From NCBI GenBank assembly GCA_965205335.1, contig OZ242164.1, positions 672,001 through 736,000 on the forward strand: a stretch of DNA of 64,000 bases, in the 5' to 3' direction. The notes under the pieces were generated by a model. The model saw nothing but the letters and a program-made list of their open reading frames with translations. It was not told the DNA's origin and did not search any database. The number at the start of each line of letters is the position of its first letter. The stretch's first letter is position 1. The stretch comes from Candidatus Woesearchaeota archaeon (GTDB lineage Archaea > Nanobdellota > Nanobdellia > Woesearchaeales > UBA583). Shown here in pieces: positions 48,714-59,288 of the stretch. The position numbers and the translations under genes are program-made.

Positions 48714-49389
48714 AAAAAAACTATCACTAAACAAGAAACTTGACAAAATCCTAGAAAACGAAGAAGAAATCCTAGAAAACCAAAGAAAAATACTAAGCAA
48801 AGAAGAAGAAATAAAAGAACTTGAAGAAGAAGAAATCTCTAAAGAAGAAGAAATAAAAGAACTTGAAGAAGAAGAAATCTCTAAAGAAGAAGAAGGTCTT
48901 AAAAAAGTCATTAAAACAGAAGAAGAAACCCTTGCTGAACTTGAAGAACTTCAAAAAAACTTGAAGAAAAGCTTCTCATCAACTCTGAAAAAAATTACCA
49001 AAAGAGACATATTCAAAGGTTTCATTGGTGCATTCATTGGAGTCATAGGACACTTTGCCTTCATCAAAGCCGCAGACATTGCAGTAAAACTTAGCATAAC
49101 AAGAGCAACAATCTTATACCTCATTGCATTCATCATAATTATAATTATGCTTTATTACTCAGGATTTAGAAAAGTTGAAATGAGAATCACCATGAAATTC
49201 ATGCCCATTCGGGCAAGCCTTTTATTCTTAGTCTCCATCATAACAGTTATCTTTGTAAACCTCATTTTCGGGGAGATTTATCCTCCAATTGAATTTAGTG
49301 AACTTTATAAACTTGTAGGTGCAAGTATTATATTAGCAGTTATAGGTGCTGGCACAGCAGACTTGATAGGAAGAGTTAATGAAGAATGA
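48706..49389 (+). CDS. Membrane protein with acidic coiled-coil N terminus
   Basis: About four C-terminal TM segments; E/K-rich N terminus. Confidence 0.7.
   Translation: MNEKKLSLNKKLDKILENEEEILENQRKILSKEEEIKELEEEEISKEEEIKELEEEEISKEEEGLKKVIKTEEETLAELEELQKNLKKSFSSTLKKITKRDIFKGFIGAFIGVIGHFAFIKAADIAVKLSITRATILYLIAFIIIIIMLYYSGFRKVEMRITMKFMPIRASLLFLVSIITVIFVNLIFGEIYPPIEFSELYKLVGASIILAVIGAGTADLIGRVNEE
48799..48894 (+). repeat. In-frame 42-bp tandem duplication (KEEEIKELEEEEIS x2.3)
   Basis: Exact repeat at 48799-48840 and 48841-48882, plus a partial third copy. Confidence 0.9.
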
Positions 49390-49796
49390 AAAATCCATTT
49401 AGATTTGGCAAAAAAAAAGAATCCAATGAATTTAAAATAATTGACGGAATAATTAAACTTATGAATACATTGAAAAATAAAATTGATGTTACAATCTATA
49501 CTCTTACCGATGATCAGACTTACAAGGACATAGTAAATAATGACAATGAAGGATTTACTAAGAGAATAGATACCATCAATGAAAGCAGGGATATTATGAT
49601 AAGGAATATTAAAGATCTAATAGGTGAAAATGCAAAATTCACATTCATAAATGAAATTCAGATAATCAAAAAACCCATAACCAACAACAGAGAAGAATTA
49701 CGCCGTTATTATACTAAAATTAATGAAATTCTACCCCATGCCATACAAGCACTTGTTAAACTAAGAAATGAAAAAACATTAGAGAAAAAAGATTAA
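49386..49796 (+). CDS. Hypothetical protein
   Basis: 136-aa ORF with ATGA overlap with the upstream gene. Confidence 0.55.
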   Translation: MKNPFRFGKKKESNEFKIIDGIIKLMNTLKNKIDVTIYTLTDDQTYKDIVNNDNEGFTKRIDTINESRDIMIRNIKDLIGENAKFTFINEIQIIKKPITNNREELRRYYTKINEILPHAIQALVKLRNEKTLEKKD

Positions 49797-49848
49797 TCTT
49801 TAAATAATACAAACTTTTATAAAAAATTACTCTATAATAACTTATAGG

Positions 49849-51000
49849 ATGACAGAGAAAGAAAAGCTTTTTGAAGAACTAATTAAAAAATCAGGCAAAT
49901 CCAGAGAAGAACTTGAAAAACTTGTATCCGACAAAGTTAATGAACTATCTGGACTTGTATCAGAAGAAGGAGCAATATACATAATTGCAAACGAAATGGA
50001 GATTAGACTTGACACAGACAGACCCAAAAGAGAACTTAACCAACTGAAAATTGATGAAATTACTCAACCAAAAACCCCTGTAAGTTCGGTTTGCAAAGTT
50101 GTCAAAAAATATGACAAAGTAAATTTCTCAAAAGACTCAGGCTCTGAAGGAAGTGTTCAATCAATACTTGTGGGGGATGAAACAGGAGTTATAAGAGTTG
50201 TTTTTTGGAACGACAAAACAGAACTTTTAGATTCTGTTCAGGAAGGAGACATTCTAAAAATTATTAATGCATATGCAAGAGAGAACACAAACTCGGAGAG
50301 AATTGAAGTTCACTTCGGACAATACTCTGACATTGAAGTAAACCCGCAAGGAGTTGAAATTGAAGTAAAAGAATTTGTCCCAGAAGACATTGAATTTGAA
50401 GAAAAAAAAGTAACTGAAATTAATGAAGGGGACAAAAACATTAAAATCGCAGGGGTCATCACCACATTCGACATCCCAAGATATTACCTCGGATGCCCTG
50501 AGTGTTATAAAAAAGTCTTTCAAGATGAAGGAACTTACAAATGTGCTATGCATGATGAAGTTGAAGCAATGCGAATTCCAATTGTAAACATTGTCGTTGA
50601 TGACGGAAGCGGAAACATATCTGTTGTAGGATTTAGAGACAGAGCTCAAGACTTAACTAAATTAGACAAAGAAAAACTACTTGAACTAACAGAAGACATT
50701 GACAAATACAACGAATTCAGCAAATCCATAGTAGGTTCTAAAGTAGAACTTGGAGGAAATACCAGCCTAAGCCCTTTAACAGGAGAAAACCAAATCCTTG
50801 TAAATCAAGTTATGTCTCTTGACTTGAAAGAAATTGATGAATTAGCAAAAGAAATCATCAGTGAAGACGAGAAAGAAACCTCACAGGAATCAGAATCTGA
50901 TAACGAAGACAAAAAAAATAAAACCGAAAAAGAATCCGATTTCTTAGACGATGAAGATTTAGACATTGAAGAAATTGACTTCAACGATGATTTAATGTAA
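49849..51000 (+). CDS. rpa: Replication protein A (ssDNA-binding, OB folds plus zinc finger)
   Basis: GLVSEEGA, GDETG.IRVVFW, CPEC...C..H, DDGSG, acidic tail. Confidence 0.88.
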   Translation: MTEKEKLFEELIKKSGKSREELEKLVSDKVNELSGLVSEEGAIYIIANEMEIRLDTDRPKRELNQLKIDEITQPKTPVSSVCKVVKKYDKVNFSKDSGSEGSVQSILVGDETGVIRVVFWNDKTELLDSVQEGDILKIINAYARENTNSERIEVHFGQYSDIEVNPQGVEIEVKEFVPEDIEFEEKKVTEINEGDKNIKIAGVITTFDIPRYYLGCPECYKKVFQDEGTYKCAMHDEVEAMRIPIVNIVVDDGSGNISVVGFRDRAQDLTKLDKEKLLELTEDIDKYNEFSKSIVGSKVELGGNTSLSPLTGENQILVNQVMSLDLKEIDELAKEIISEDEKETSQESESDNEDKKNKTEKESDFLDDEDLDIEEIDFNDDLM

Positions 51001-51125
51001 ACACCCCATCTGTAACACCTAACATTTACAAATTCAATAACTCTTAAATTTTCCTCAAATTCTTAATTTATACAAAAATTCTTTTTTGCGAAAAAATTTA
51101 TAAACAATCTCTTCTTTTTTCTGTT

Positions 51126-52253
51126 ATGAGCAAAGACTATTACAGAATTTTAGGCATTGAAAAAAACTCTTCAAAAGAAGATATTAAAAAAGCATATAAA
51201 AAATTAGCTAAAAAATATCATCCCGACATTTCACAAGAACCAAACACAGAAACTAAATTCAAAGAAATAAATGAAGCCGCAGGAGTTCTCTTAGATGATG
51301 AGAAAAAACAAAGATACGACACATATGGAACAGAAGAAGGTTCCTTTGGATTTAGTAGTGAGGGAGGATTTGACCCTCGTGACTTTGGAATAAACTTAGA
51401 TGACATCTTTGAACAGTTTGGATTTGGTTCAGGTTTTGGTGGAGGGTTTGGTGGATTTGGAGGAGGTTCAAGAACCCACAGACCAAAAAGAGACATGAAC
51501 ATTTACATTGAAACCCAAATTGACTTAGATGATATTTACTTCGGTGCAGAAAAAGAAATCACAATCAGCCGAGAGGAAAAATGTGAAACCTGCAAAGGGA
51601 AAGGTGCTAAATATTCAAAAGACATATCAGACTGTTCCAAATGCAATGGCTCGGGAATAATTTCTGAAACAAAACAATCTCTCTTGGGCGTAATCAGAAC
51701 CCAAACAATCTGTCCTATGTGCAAGGGTTCAGGAAACATCATCTCAAACCCTTGTCACACATGTTCAGGAAGAGGAACTGAAAAAATAAAAGACAGAGTT
51801 GAAATTAAAATCCCAAAAGGAATTGAAAACGGAGTAACCCTAAGAGTCTCAGACAAAGGAAACTACGACAGAGACTCTAATTCCTATGGAGACTTATATA
51901 TAAAAATTCACATCAGAGATTCAAAAGATTATAGTGTGGACGGGGCAGACTTGCATAGAACAATAAACATCAATTTCATATCTGCAATAATTGGCGATGA
52001 AGTTGCAATAGAACACTTTGATAAAACTCTCAGTGTAGAAATTCCGCAGGGAACTCAGCCCGATACAACTCTCAGATTAAAAGGAAAAGGTCTTCCTCAT
52101 TTCAATTACACAGGAAAAGGTGACTTATACATGAAAATAAATATAGAAATTCCCAAGAAAACTACAAAAGAACAAAAGAAAATTCTAATGGAATACGTGA
52201 AAACTCTAGATGACAAAAGCATCTTAGAAAAAATGAAATCACTATTTAGATAA
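51126..52253 (+). CDS. dnaJ: Chaperone DnaJ
   Basis: J domain with HPD, G/F region, four CxxCxGxG repeats. Confidence 0.97.
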   Translation: MSKDYYRILGIEKNSSKEDIKKAYKKLAKKYHPDISQEPNTETKFKEINEAAGVLLDDEKKQRYDTYGTEEGSFGFSSEGGFDPRDFGINLDDIFEQFGFGSGFGGGFGGFGGGSRTHRPKRDMNIYIETQIDLDDIYFGAEKEITISREEKCETCKGKGAKYSKDISDCSKCNGSGIISETKQSLLGVIRTQTICPMCKGSGNIISNPCHTCSGRGTEKIKDRVEIKIPKGIENGVTLRVSDKGNYDRDSNSYGDLYIKIHIRDSKDYSVDGADLHRTININFISAIIGDEVAIEHFDKTLSVEIPQGTQPDTTLRLKGKGLPHFNYTGKGDLYMKINIEIPKKTTKEQKKILMEYVKTLDDKSILEKMKSLFR

Positions 52254-52335
52254 ACACACATACAAAGAATTTATTCTCTGTCCTCTTTATTAAATAGTTA
52301 CTAAATACTATATAATTTAATTGAGAGATTTCTTT

Positions 52336-53436
52336 ATGCCACAGAATAAAATTGCGGATTTTAGTGTTGATTACATCTCAATCCTTGACAAAGAAGGAAA
52401 CAGCGACAACGAACTAATGCCTGATTTAACCGAAAATCAAATTAAAGAAATGTATCACTTAATGGTCCTGACTCGAACATTAGATGAGAAATTATTCAAC
52501 CTTCAAAGATCCGGAAAAATCGGAACATACGCTCAGGTTAAAGGACAGGAAGCTTCAGAAATTGGAAGTGGATTTGCTCTTTTGGAAAACGACTGGCTTG
52601 TTCCCTCATTTCGTGAGATGGGTGTTTTCATTGCAAGAAAAGTTCCCCTAAAACCATTGGTTCAGGGCTGGAATGGGGACACAAGAGCATTTGCCGTCCC
52701 GCAAGGCGGAAGAAACCTTCCAATTGCAATCCCAATTGCATCCCAATGTTTACATGCAACAGGAATTGCTTGGGCAAGCAAACTAAAAGAAGAAAAAGAT
52801 GTTACAATAGTTTACTTTGGAGAAGGTGCAACAGCAGAAGGAGATTTCCATGAAGCTCTTAACTTTGCATCAACACTAAACCTTCCAGTTGTATTCTTCT
52901 GCCAGAGAAACGGCTGGGCAATCTCAACACCTTCCACAAAAGAAATGAACTCTCAAAGCATTGCCCAAAAAGCAATTGCATATAACATGAAAGGAATCCA
53001 AGTTGATGGAAATGATATTTTGGCTGTTTACAGAGTAACAAACGAAGCCATTAACCGAGCCAGAAACGGAGAAGGTCCAACTCTCATTGAAAGCGTAACA
53101 TACAGAATGGGTGACCATACAACATCCGATGACTCCTCTAAATACAGAACACAGGAAGGAACACAAGAATGGGAAACAAAAGACCCAATACTTAGAGTTC
53201 AGAAATACTTTCAAAAAATAGGAACATGGAATGATGATTACAAAAAATGGCTTGATGAAACAGTCTCGAAAGAAGTTGAAACTGCAATTGAAGAAGGCTT
53301 AAACGTTCCTGCCCCAGACCCATCCCAATTATTTAACAACACATTTGAAGAAAAACCATGGATGCTAATAGAACAAGAAAAAGAAATGCTTGAAGAAATA
53401 CAAAAAAATTCAGAAGGTGAAAATCAAAATGGTTAA
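52336..53436 (+). CDS. pdhA: 2-oxoacid (pyruvate) dehydrogenase E1 alpha
   Basis: GQEA, GEGATAEGDFHE...N, YRMGDHTTSDD. Confidence 0.92.
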   Translation: MPQNKIADFSVDYISILDKEGNSDNELMPDLTENQIKEMYHLMVLTRTLDEKLFNLQRSGKIGTYAQVKGQEASEIGSGFALLENDWLVPSFREMGVFIARKVPLKPLVQGWNGDTRAFAVPQGGRNLPIAIPIASQCLHATGIAWASKLKEEKDVTIVYFGEGATAEGDFHEALNFASTLNLPVVFFCQRNGWAISTPSTKEMNSQSIAQKAIAYNMKGIQVDGNDILAVYRVTNEAINRARNGEGPTLIESVTYRMGDHTTSDDSSKYRTQEGTQEWETKDPILRVQKYFQKIGTWNDDYKKWLDETVSKEVETAIEEGLNVPAPDPSQLFNNTFEEKPWMLIEQEKEMLEEIQKNSEGENQNG

Positions 53437-54409
53437 AATGCACATGGTTTCTGCACTTAATAATGCACTTGACATTGCTATGGCAGAAAACAATAAAATC
53501 ATCTGCCTTGGTGAAGACGTTGGAGTTGATGGTGGAGTTTTCAGAGTAACAGAAGGACTGCTCAACAAATACGGTGAAAAAAGAGTTGTAGACACCCCTC
53601 TTGCAGAAGCAGCAATTGTTGGTTGTTCAATTGGCATGGGTTTAAACGGAATTAAACCAATCGCTGAAATACAATTTAGCGGTTTCTCATACCAAGCCTT
53701 CCATCAGATAAAACAACACATGGCAAGATTTAGACAGAGAACAAATGGAACACTCACATGCCCAATGATTTTAAGAGCACCTTGCTCAGGAGGAATTCGC
53801 GCCTTAGAACACCACAGCGAAAGTCCCGAAAGCTTTTTCATACACTGTCAGGGAATTAAAGTCATCATGCCAAGCGGACCTTATGATGCAAAAGGTTTAC
53901 TCCTCTCTGCAATAGATGAAAAAGACCCAGTCATATTTCTAGAACCAAAAAAAATTTACAGAGCATTCAAAGAAGAAGTCCCAGAGGAAAAATACACAAT
54001 TGAAATTGGAAAAGCAAATATAAAAAAAGAAGGAACAGATATTTCAATAATCACATGGGGAGCTATGACAAAACTTGTTTTAGATAACATAGAAGCCATT
54101 GAAAAAGAAACACAGAAATCAATTGAAATCTTAGACCTTAGAACTCTATGGCCATTTGACATTGACGCAATAACACAAACTGCCAAAAAAACAGGAAGAG
54201 TGATTATTGTCGCAGAAGAAACTAAAAGTTGTTCTTTAAGTTCAGAAATTACAGCCCAAATCCAAGAAAGATGCATTCTTTACTTAAACGGCCCAATCCA
54301 GAGAGTCACTTCTTGGGATTTACCATACCCTCAATTTGCTCTTGAAAATTTCTTCCTGCCCAATGCAAAAAGAATAACAAAAGCAATCAAAAAAACTCTT
54401 GAATATTAA
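53429..54409 (+). CDS. pdhB: 2-oxoacid dehydrogenase E1 beta
   Basis: GEDVG..GGVFR, DTPLAE, EIQF, EHHSE. Confidence 0.92.
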   Translation: MVKMHMVSALNNALDIAMAENNKIICLGEDVGVDGGVFRVTEGLLNKYGEKRVVDTPLAEAAIVGCSIGMGLNGIKPIAEIQFSGFSYQAFHQIKQHMARFRQRTNGTLTCPMILRAPCSGGIRALEHHSESPESFFIHCQGIKVIMPSGPYDAKGLLLSAIDEKDPVIFLEPKKIYRAFKEEVPEEKYTIEIGKANIKKEGTDISIITWGAMTKLVLDNIEAIEKETQKSIEILDLRTLWPFDIDAITQTAKKTGRVIIVAEETKSCSLSSEITAQIQERCILYLNGPIQRVTSWDLPYPQFALENFFLPNAKRITKAIKKTLEY

Positions 54410-54410
54410 A

Positions 54411-55982
54411 ATGGTTTACGAGTTCAAATTCCCAGACGTTGGAGAAGGAATCACAGAAGGAAAATTAGTCTCATGGTATGTTAAAGTTGGAGATGAAATA
54501 AAAACTGATGAAACCGTTTGCTCTGTTGAAACAGACAAATCAATAATTGAAATTCCCTCGCCAGTCAGCGGAAAAATATTAGAATTAGTAAACAACGAAG
54601 GTGATGATTTGAAAGTTGGAGACATCTTCATGAAAATAGACAATGAAACATCTAATGAAGATACAAAAGAAAACAAATCTCAAAAATCAGAAGAACTCCC
54701 CCAAGAAATCCACAAAGAAGTAGAAGAAACCATTTTTACTGAAAACTTTCCTTCCCCCGAACCGAATTCTCCTCAAATATTAGCAATGCCAAAGATAAGA
54801 AATATTGCAAAGGAAAAAAGAATTGACTTAAGTACAATCAAACCAACAGGTTCAAAAGGAGAGATTACTCTCTCAGATTTAGGACAAGAAAACGAAACTC
54901 CTATTCAAGACAACATTTCACAAACTTCTCAAATACCACAAACCAACAATCAGGAAGAAACACAATCTCACGACCCAACTCCTCACAAAAACGTCCAGAA
55001 CATAGAATCTCATCCAAACTCACAAAAAGAAACAATTGCATCACCTTCCGTTCGTCAATTAGCCCGCGATCTAAACATTGATATTAAAACTATTGCAGGA
55101 ACGGGAGAGAACGGGAAAATTCTTGAACAAGACATTAAAAAGACAGCACAGCAAATTGAACCAGATGACACACAACACAAAGAAAATGAAGAAGTAATAG
55201 AAGAAGAGAAAGCAGAATGTAAAGTATCTCAGAAAATAAATACAGACCACTTAAACAAACAAAACTGTGAACTAGATCATTCATCGGATAAAAGAATTCC
55301 AATTGATGGAATAAGAGAAGCCATTTCAAAAAAGATGACACAATCCCTATCTAAAGCCGCTCAAGTTACGATTTGCGATGAAGCAGATGTGTCCGAACTT
55401 GTTAAACTAAGAAATCGCGAAAAAGAAAAACTAAAAGAAAAAGGGATTAAGCTTACATACCTTCCATTCTTCATAAAAGCATTTATTGACACTGCAAAAG
55501 AATATCCTTACTTCAACGCAATTGTTGATGATAACTCCAATGAAATAATTTTAAAATCTCAATACAACATTGGCATTGCAACAGACACTCCAAGAGGACT
55601 CTTAGTCCCTGTTATTAAAAACGCAAACAACAAAAGCATTATAGAACTATCAAATGACTTAGTTAATTTAACTAATCTTGCAAGAGAAGGAAAACTAAAA
55701 TTAGAAGATATGGAAAACGGAACATTTACAATTACATCAATTGGAAATTTAAGAGGACAGTTTTTTACTCCGATTTTAAACTACCCACAAACTGCCATCT
55801 TAGGTATTGGAAAAATTACAAAAAAACCAGTAGTTAAAAACGATAAAATAATTGCGCGTGACATTCTCACCTTATCTCTAACTTTTGACCACAGAGTTAT
55901 AGATGGTGCTGATGCTTCAAGATTTTTAAAAAAATACATTGAACTAATTGAAGACACAGAATTATTATTTATGGAGAGTTAA
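54411..55982 (+). CDS. pdhC: Dihydrolipoamide acyltransferase E2
   Basis: Lipoyl ETDKS, two peripheral-subunit-binding domains, DHRVIDG. Confidence 0.93.
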   Translation: MVYEFKFPDVGEGITEGKLVSWYVKVGDEIKTDETVCSVETDKSIIEIPSPVSGKILELVNNEGDDLKVGDIFMKIDNETSNEDTKENKSQKSEELPQEIHKEVEETIFTENFPSPEPNSPQILAMPKIRNIAKEKRIDLSTIKPTGSKGEITLSDLGQENETPIQDNISQTSQIPQTNNQEETQSHDPTPHKNVQNIESHPNSQKETIASPSVRQLARDLNIDIKTIAGTGENGKILEQDIKKTAQQIEPDDTQHKENEEVIEEEKAECKVSQKINTDHLNKQNCELDHSSDKRIPIDGIREAISKKMTQSLSKAAQVTICDEADVSELVKLRNREKEKLKEKGIKLTYLPFFIKAFIDTAKEYPYFNAIVDDNSNEIILKSQYNIGIATDTPRGLLVPVIKNANNKSIIELSNDLVNLTNLAREGKLKLEDMENGTFTITSIGNLRGQFFTPILNYPQTAILGIGKITKKPVVKNDKIIARDILTLSLTFDHRVIDGADASRFLKKYIELIEDTELLFMES

Positions 55983-55983
55983 A

Positions 55984-57429
55984 ATGGTTGTTGGCGAATT
56001 AAGTATAGAATGCGATATTGCGGTTATCGGCTCAGGACCAGGCGGATACGTTGCAGCAATTCGGGCGGCCCAACTAGGCAAAGATGTAGTAATTGTTGAA
56101 AAAGAAAAAAAATTAGGAGGGATCTGCTTGAATCTTGGATGCATTCCAACAAAAGCTCTTATTACTTCCTCTGATTACTTCAATGTTCTAAAGGAACTTG
56201 ACATGATGGGAATCAATGTTGAAAATCATTCTGTTGATATTAACAAAATGAATGAATGGAAATCAGGAATTATAAACAAACTTGAATCTGGAATTCGTAT
56301 GCTCTGTGCAAAATACGGAATTGAAATCATTGAAGGCATTGGAACATTCAAAGACAAAAACACATTAGCAGTTGCAGGACAAAGTGATGTAAATGAAATC
56401 AAATTTAAAAATGCAATCATTGCAACAGGTTCAATCCCAGCGCAAATTCCTAACTTTAATTTTGATGGAGAACATATCATATCATCAAACGAAGCAATTG
56501 ACTTATCAGAGATTCCCGAAAAACTTGTCATAATAGGTGGAGGATACATTGGAACAGAACTTGGAACAGTTTATGGGAAACTAGGCAGTGAAGTTCACAT
56601 CCTTGAAGGAACAGACAGATTAATAGGTGTTTTGGATAAAGAAATTGTTGATGTCGTAACAAAAGAAATCTTAAAATTTAATGTTAATTTGCATTTTAAA
56701 TCCTTAGCTAAATCATCAAGAATTGAAAATTCCAAAGTTCAAGTTAATTTTGAAGAGAATGAACAACCACAAAGCATAATATGTGATAAAGTAATGGTTG
56801 TAGTAGGACGCATCCCAAATTCTAAAACATGCAACCTTGAACTCGCTGGTGTTGAATGTGACGAAAAAGGATTTATTAAAGTTGATAGCCAGATGAGAAC
56901 AAATATAGAAAATATCTTTGCAATTGGAGATGTGGTTTGTAATCCCATGCTTGCCCATAAAGCCTCTCGTGAAGGAAAAATTGCCGCAGAAGTTATATGC
57001 GGAATTAATTCTTCTTTTGACAATGCAGTAATCCCAAGTGTTGTATTTAACGACCCAGAATTAGTTAGTGTTGGAATGACAGAGGATGAAGCAAAAGAGA
57101 AAGGGTATGAAATCTTAGTTAAAAAATTTCCATACTCCGCTTTGGGCAGAGCTTATATGTTTGATAGAACATCTGGATTTATTAAAATGGTATGTGAAAA
57201 AAAAACCAAAAGAATTTTAGGAGTTCATGCCGCAGGACCTCATGTATCAGAAATAGTGGCAGAAGCAACTCTTGCAATTGAAATGGGTGCTAACGCTGAG
57301 GACATCTCACTAACAATCCACCCTCATCCAACCATCTCAGAAGGATTATCAGAAGTAGCTGACTCAATTCTTGGAAAAGCCATAAACATTTATGAACCCC
57401 CAAACAAAGAAGACAAAGAAGATAACTAA
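55984..57429 (+). CDS. lpdA: Dihydrolipoamide dehydrogenase E3
   Basis: GSGPGG, GGICLNLGCIP, GGGYIG, HPHPTISE. Confidence 0.96.
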   Translation: MVVGELSIECDIAVIGSGPGGYVAAIRAAQLGKDVVIVEKEKKLGGICLNLGCIPTKALITSSDYFNVLKELDMMGINVENHSVDINKMNEWKSGIINKLESGIRMLCAKYGIEIIEGIGTFKDKNTLAVAGQSDVNEIKFKNAIIATGSIPAQIPNFNFDGEHIISSNEAIDLSEIPEKLVIIGGGYIGTELGTVYGKLGSEVHILEGTDRLIGVLDKEIVDVVTKEILKFNVNLHFKSLAKSSRIENSKVQVNFEENEQPQSIICDKVMVVVGRIPNSKTCNLELAGVECDEKGFIKVDSQMRTNIENIFAIGDVVCNPMLAHKASREGKIAAEVICGINSSFDNAVIPSVVFNDPELVSVGMTEDEAKEKGYEILVKKFPYSALGRAYMFDRTSGFIKMVCEKKTKRILGVHAAGPHVSEIVAEATLAIEMGANAEDISLTIHPHPTISEGLSEVADSILGKAINIYEPPNKEDKEDN

Positions 57430-57734
57430 AACCGATGAAGATATTTTTTTAAATCCACCTTATTATCATTTGAAACTTCAATCCCATCTCCTTCAAGCAA
57501 TCTCTTTTTTTCATTTATTCCCAACTGATATGAACCCAAACCACCATCAGATTTTACAACCTTATAACAAGGATTTCTCTTAATATCCTTATTCTTGACC
57601 ATAGCATTTCCAACTGCTCTATATCCAACAGAGCCAAGAGAATGTGCTATTTGCTTATACGTTGTAACCTTTCCTCTCGGTATACCCTTCAGCAACTCAT
57701 AACATCTCTCATTAAATGATTTTTTCATATTCAT
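57426..57734 (-). CDS. MGMT/Ogt-family O6-alkylguanine DNA-binding or repair protein
   Basis: IPRGKVTTY, RAVGNA, PCYKV active-site variant; start approximate. Confidence 0.85.
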   Translation of the reverse strand: MNMKKSFNERCYELLKGIPRGKVTTYKQIAHSLGSVGYRAVGNAMVKNKDIKRNPCYKVVKSDGGLGSYQLGINEKKRLLEGDGIEVSNDNKVDLKKYLHRF

Positions 57735-57745
57735 ATCACACAAAC

Positions 57746-58134
57746 CTAATTTCCCATAAAAAAAGCACTCCATATATGTCCATCCAAATCTTCAAAATTT
57801 CTTCCATACATAGTCCCATAATCCTGCGATTTATTAACCTCCTTTCCTCCTATATCTATTGCCTTCCCAACTAACTCATCCTCTTCTTCTCTACTATTCA
57901 TAGACAAAACATTCACAACCTCCGATGCCTTACTAACATCCACAATCTCCTTACCTGAAAAATCCTTAAACTTACTTTCCTCAAGAAACATTGCACATAC
58001 ATTCTCATTAATAATCATACAAAGTGTATCCTCACTACACCCCCCTTCATTAAATGAAAATCCTAACTTTGAAAAAAACTCTCTCGAACTCTTAACACTT
58101 TTAATTGGCAAATTAATAAAAACATCCTAACCAT
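57746..58134 (-). pseudogene. VOC/glyoxalase-family protein, probably frameshifted near the 5' end
   Basis: FINLPIKS..SREFF..LGF, MYGRNFEDLDGHIW; upstream ATG (~58134) is one base out of frame at a T run. Confidence 0.65.
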
Positions 58135-58281
58135 AATTCAAATATCACTCATAAATTTAAAAGCTTAATCATTTCTGAGAATAAATCTGACACAATCTCA
58201 TACAAAATAAAAATTACAAAAGCACTTAGAAAATCTCAATAAATCTTATATCCACATAACCTTATAAATAACACACAACAT

Positions 58282-58857
58282 ATGATTCATATGAATATCC
58301 TAATAATTACTGCTCACCCATTAAAAGATGGATTTTCAAACAAGATTGCAAATGCATATTCCAAGGGGAAAAAATCAATAGGAGACAATGTGAAAATTCT
58401 ACGTCTATACAACAACCACAAAAATATTAATTATTTTCAATTCAACAGCAACTCAAAAAAAGAAATGGAATTCATTAAAAAATCCCAAAAACTAATCTTT
58501 TGGGCAAATGAAATCATTCTATGTTTTCCAATATGGAACGTGGGCGAGCCTGCAATACTAAAGAACTGGTATGACTCAGTTTTCATCTCAGGCTTTTCTT
58601 TTAAATTCAAAAAAGGGGGCTCTCACGACAAATTACTCTCTGGTAGAACAGCAAAAATATTTGTAACATCTGATGGAGAAGCATGGAAATACAAACTAAT
58701 AGGAAACCCCATTAAAACCATATGGAGATTTGGGAGACTTGGATTTTGTGGAATAAAACTAAAAGAATTTAACTATCTTGATAAAATGAGAAAAAGAGAT
58801 GAAAACAACCGCAAAGAATCTCTAAAAATGATTGAAAAGAACTCAGCAAAAAACTAA
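58282..58857 (+). CDS. Flavodoxin-fold NAD(P)H-dependent oxidoreductase
   Basis: ILIITAHP...FS, FPIW...PAILKNWYD. Confidence 0.85.
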   Translation: MIHMNILIITAHPLKDGFSNKIANAYSKGKKSIGDNVKILRLYNNHKNINYFQFNSNSKKEMEFIKKSQKLIFWANEIILCFPIWNVGEPAILKNWYDSVFISGFSFKFKKGGSHDKLLSGRTAKIFVTSDGEAWKYKLIGNPIKTIWRFGRLGFCGIKLKEFNYLDKMRKRDENNRKESLKMIEKNSAKN

Positions 58858-58861
58858 TTAC

Positions 58862-58971
58862 AAACAATAGATAATTAAACGGCAGGACTGGGATTTGCTC
58901 AGTCACTACGCTTACGCTTCGTTTGGAGGTCAGTGAGACAAAACTTACACCCGACAACAAGTTCAAATCCC
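58862..58971. repeat. Duplicated tRNA-Ser 3' end followed by a structured hairpin element
   Basis: 58862-58897 matches 58990-59025 at 34/36; GGGATTTG (58890-58897) and CAAATCCC (58964-58971) form an inverted repeat. Confidence 0.75.
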
Positions 58972-59007
58972 TTAATAGGATTTAATCAAAAACAATAGAC
59001 AATTAAG

Positions 59008-59090
59008 CGGCAGGACTGGGATTTGAACCCAGAATTCCAAAAGGAACAAGATTTCAAGTCTTGCGCAATACCAGATTATGCAATCCTGCC
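59008..59090 (-). tRNA. tRNA-Ser(TGA), CCA not encoded
   Basis: GGCAGGA/TCCTGCC acceptor stem, CAAGA-CTTGAAA-TCTTG anticodon arm, long variable arm, GTTCAAATC T loop, G discriminator. Confidence 0.95.
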
Positions 59091-59288
59091 TTAAACCCAA
59101 ATATCATTACAGTAAAACAATAACAAATCCACAAGAATACAACCCAGATTTGTAATAAAATAAATGCCAATTCTTTTATATATCTTACTAACATATAATA
59201 TATTGTAATCCTTCACAAAACCAAAAATCACAAAGAAGTAAACCTTATAAATTAAATAAATTTCTCATATCATATTAAGGTAACAAAA

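Noticed and set aside
48799-48894. 42-bp coding repeat as a phase-variation or diversity system
   Set aside because: Simple in-frame duplication in a coiled coil with no associated machinery
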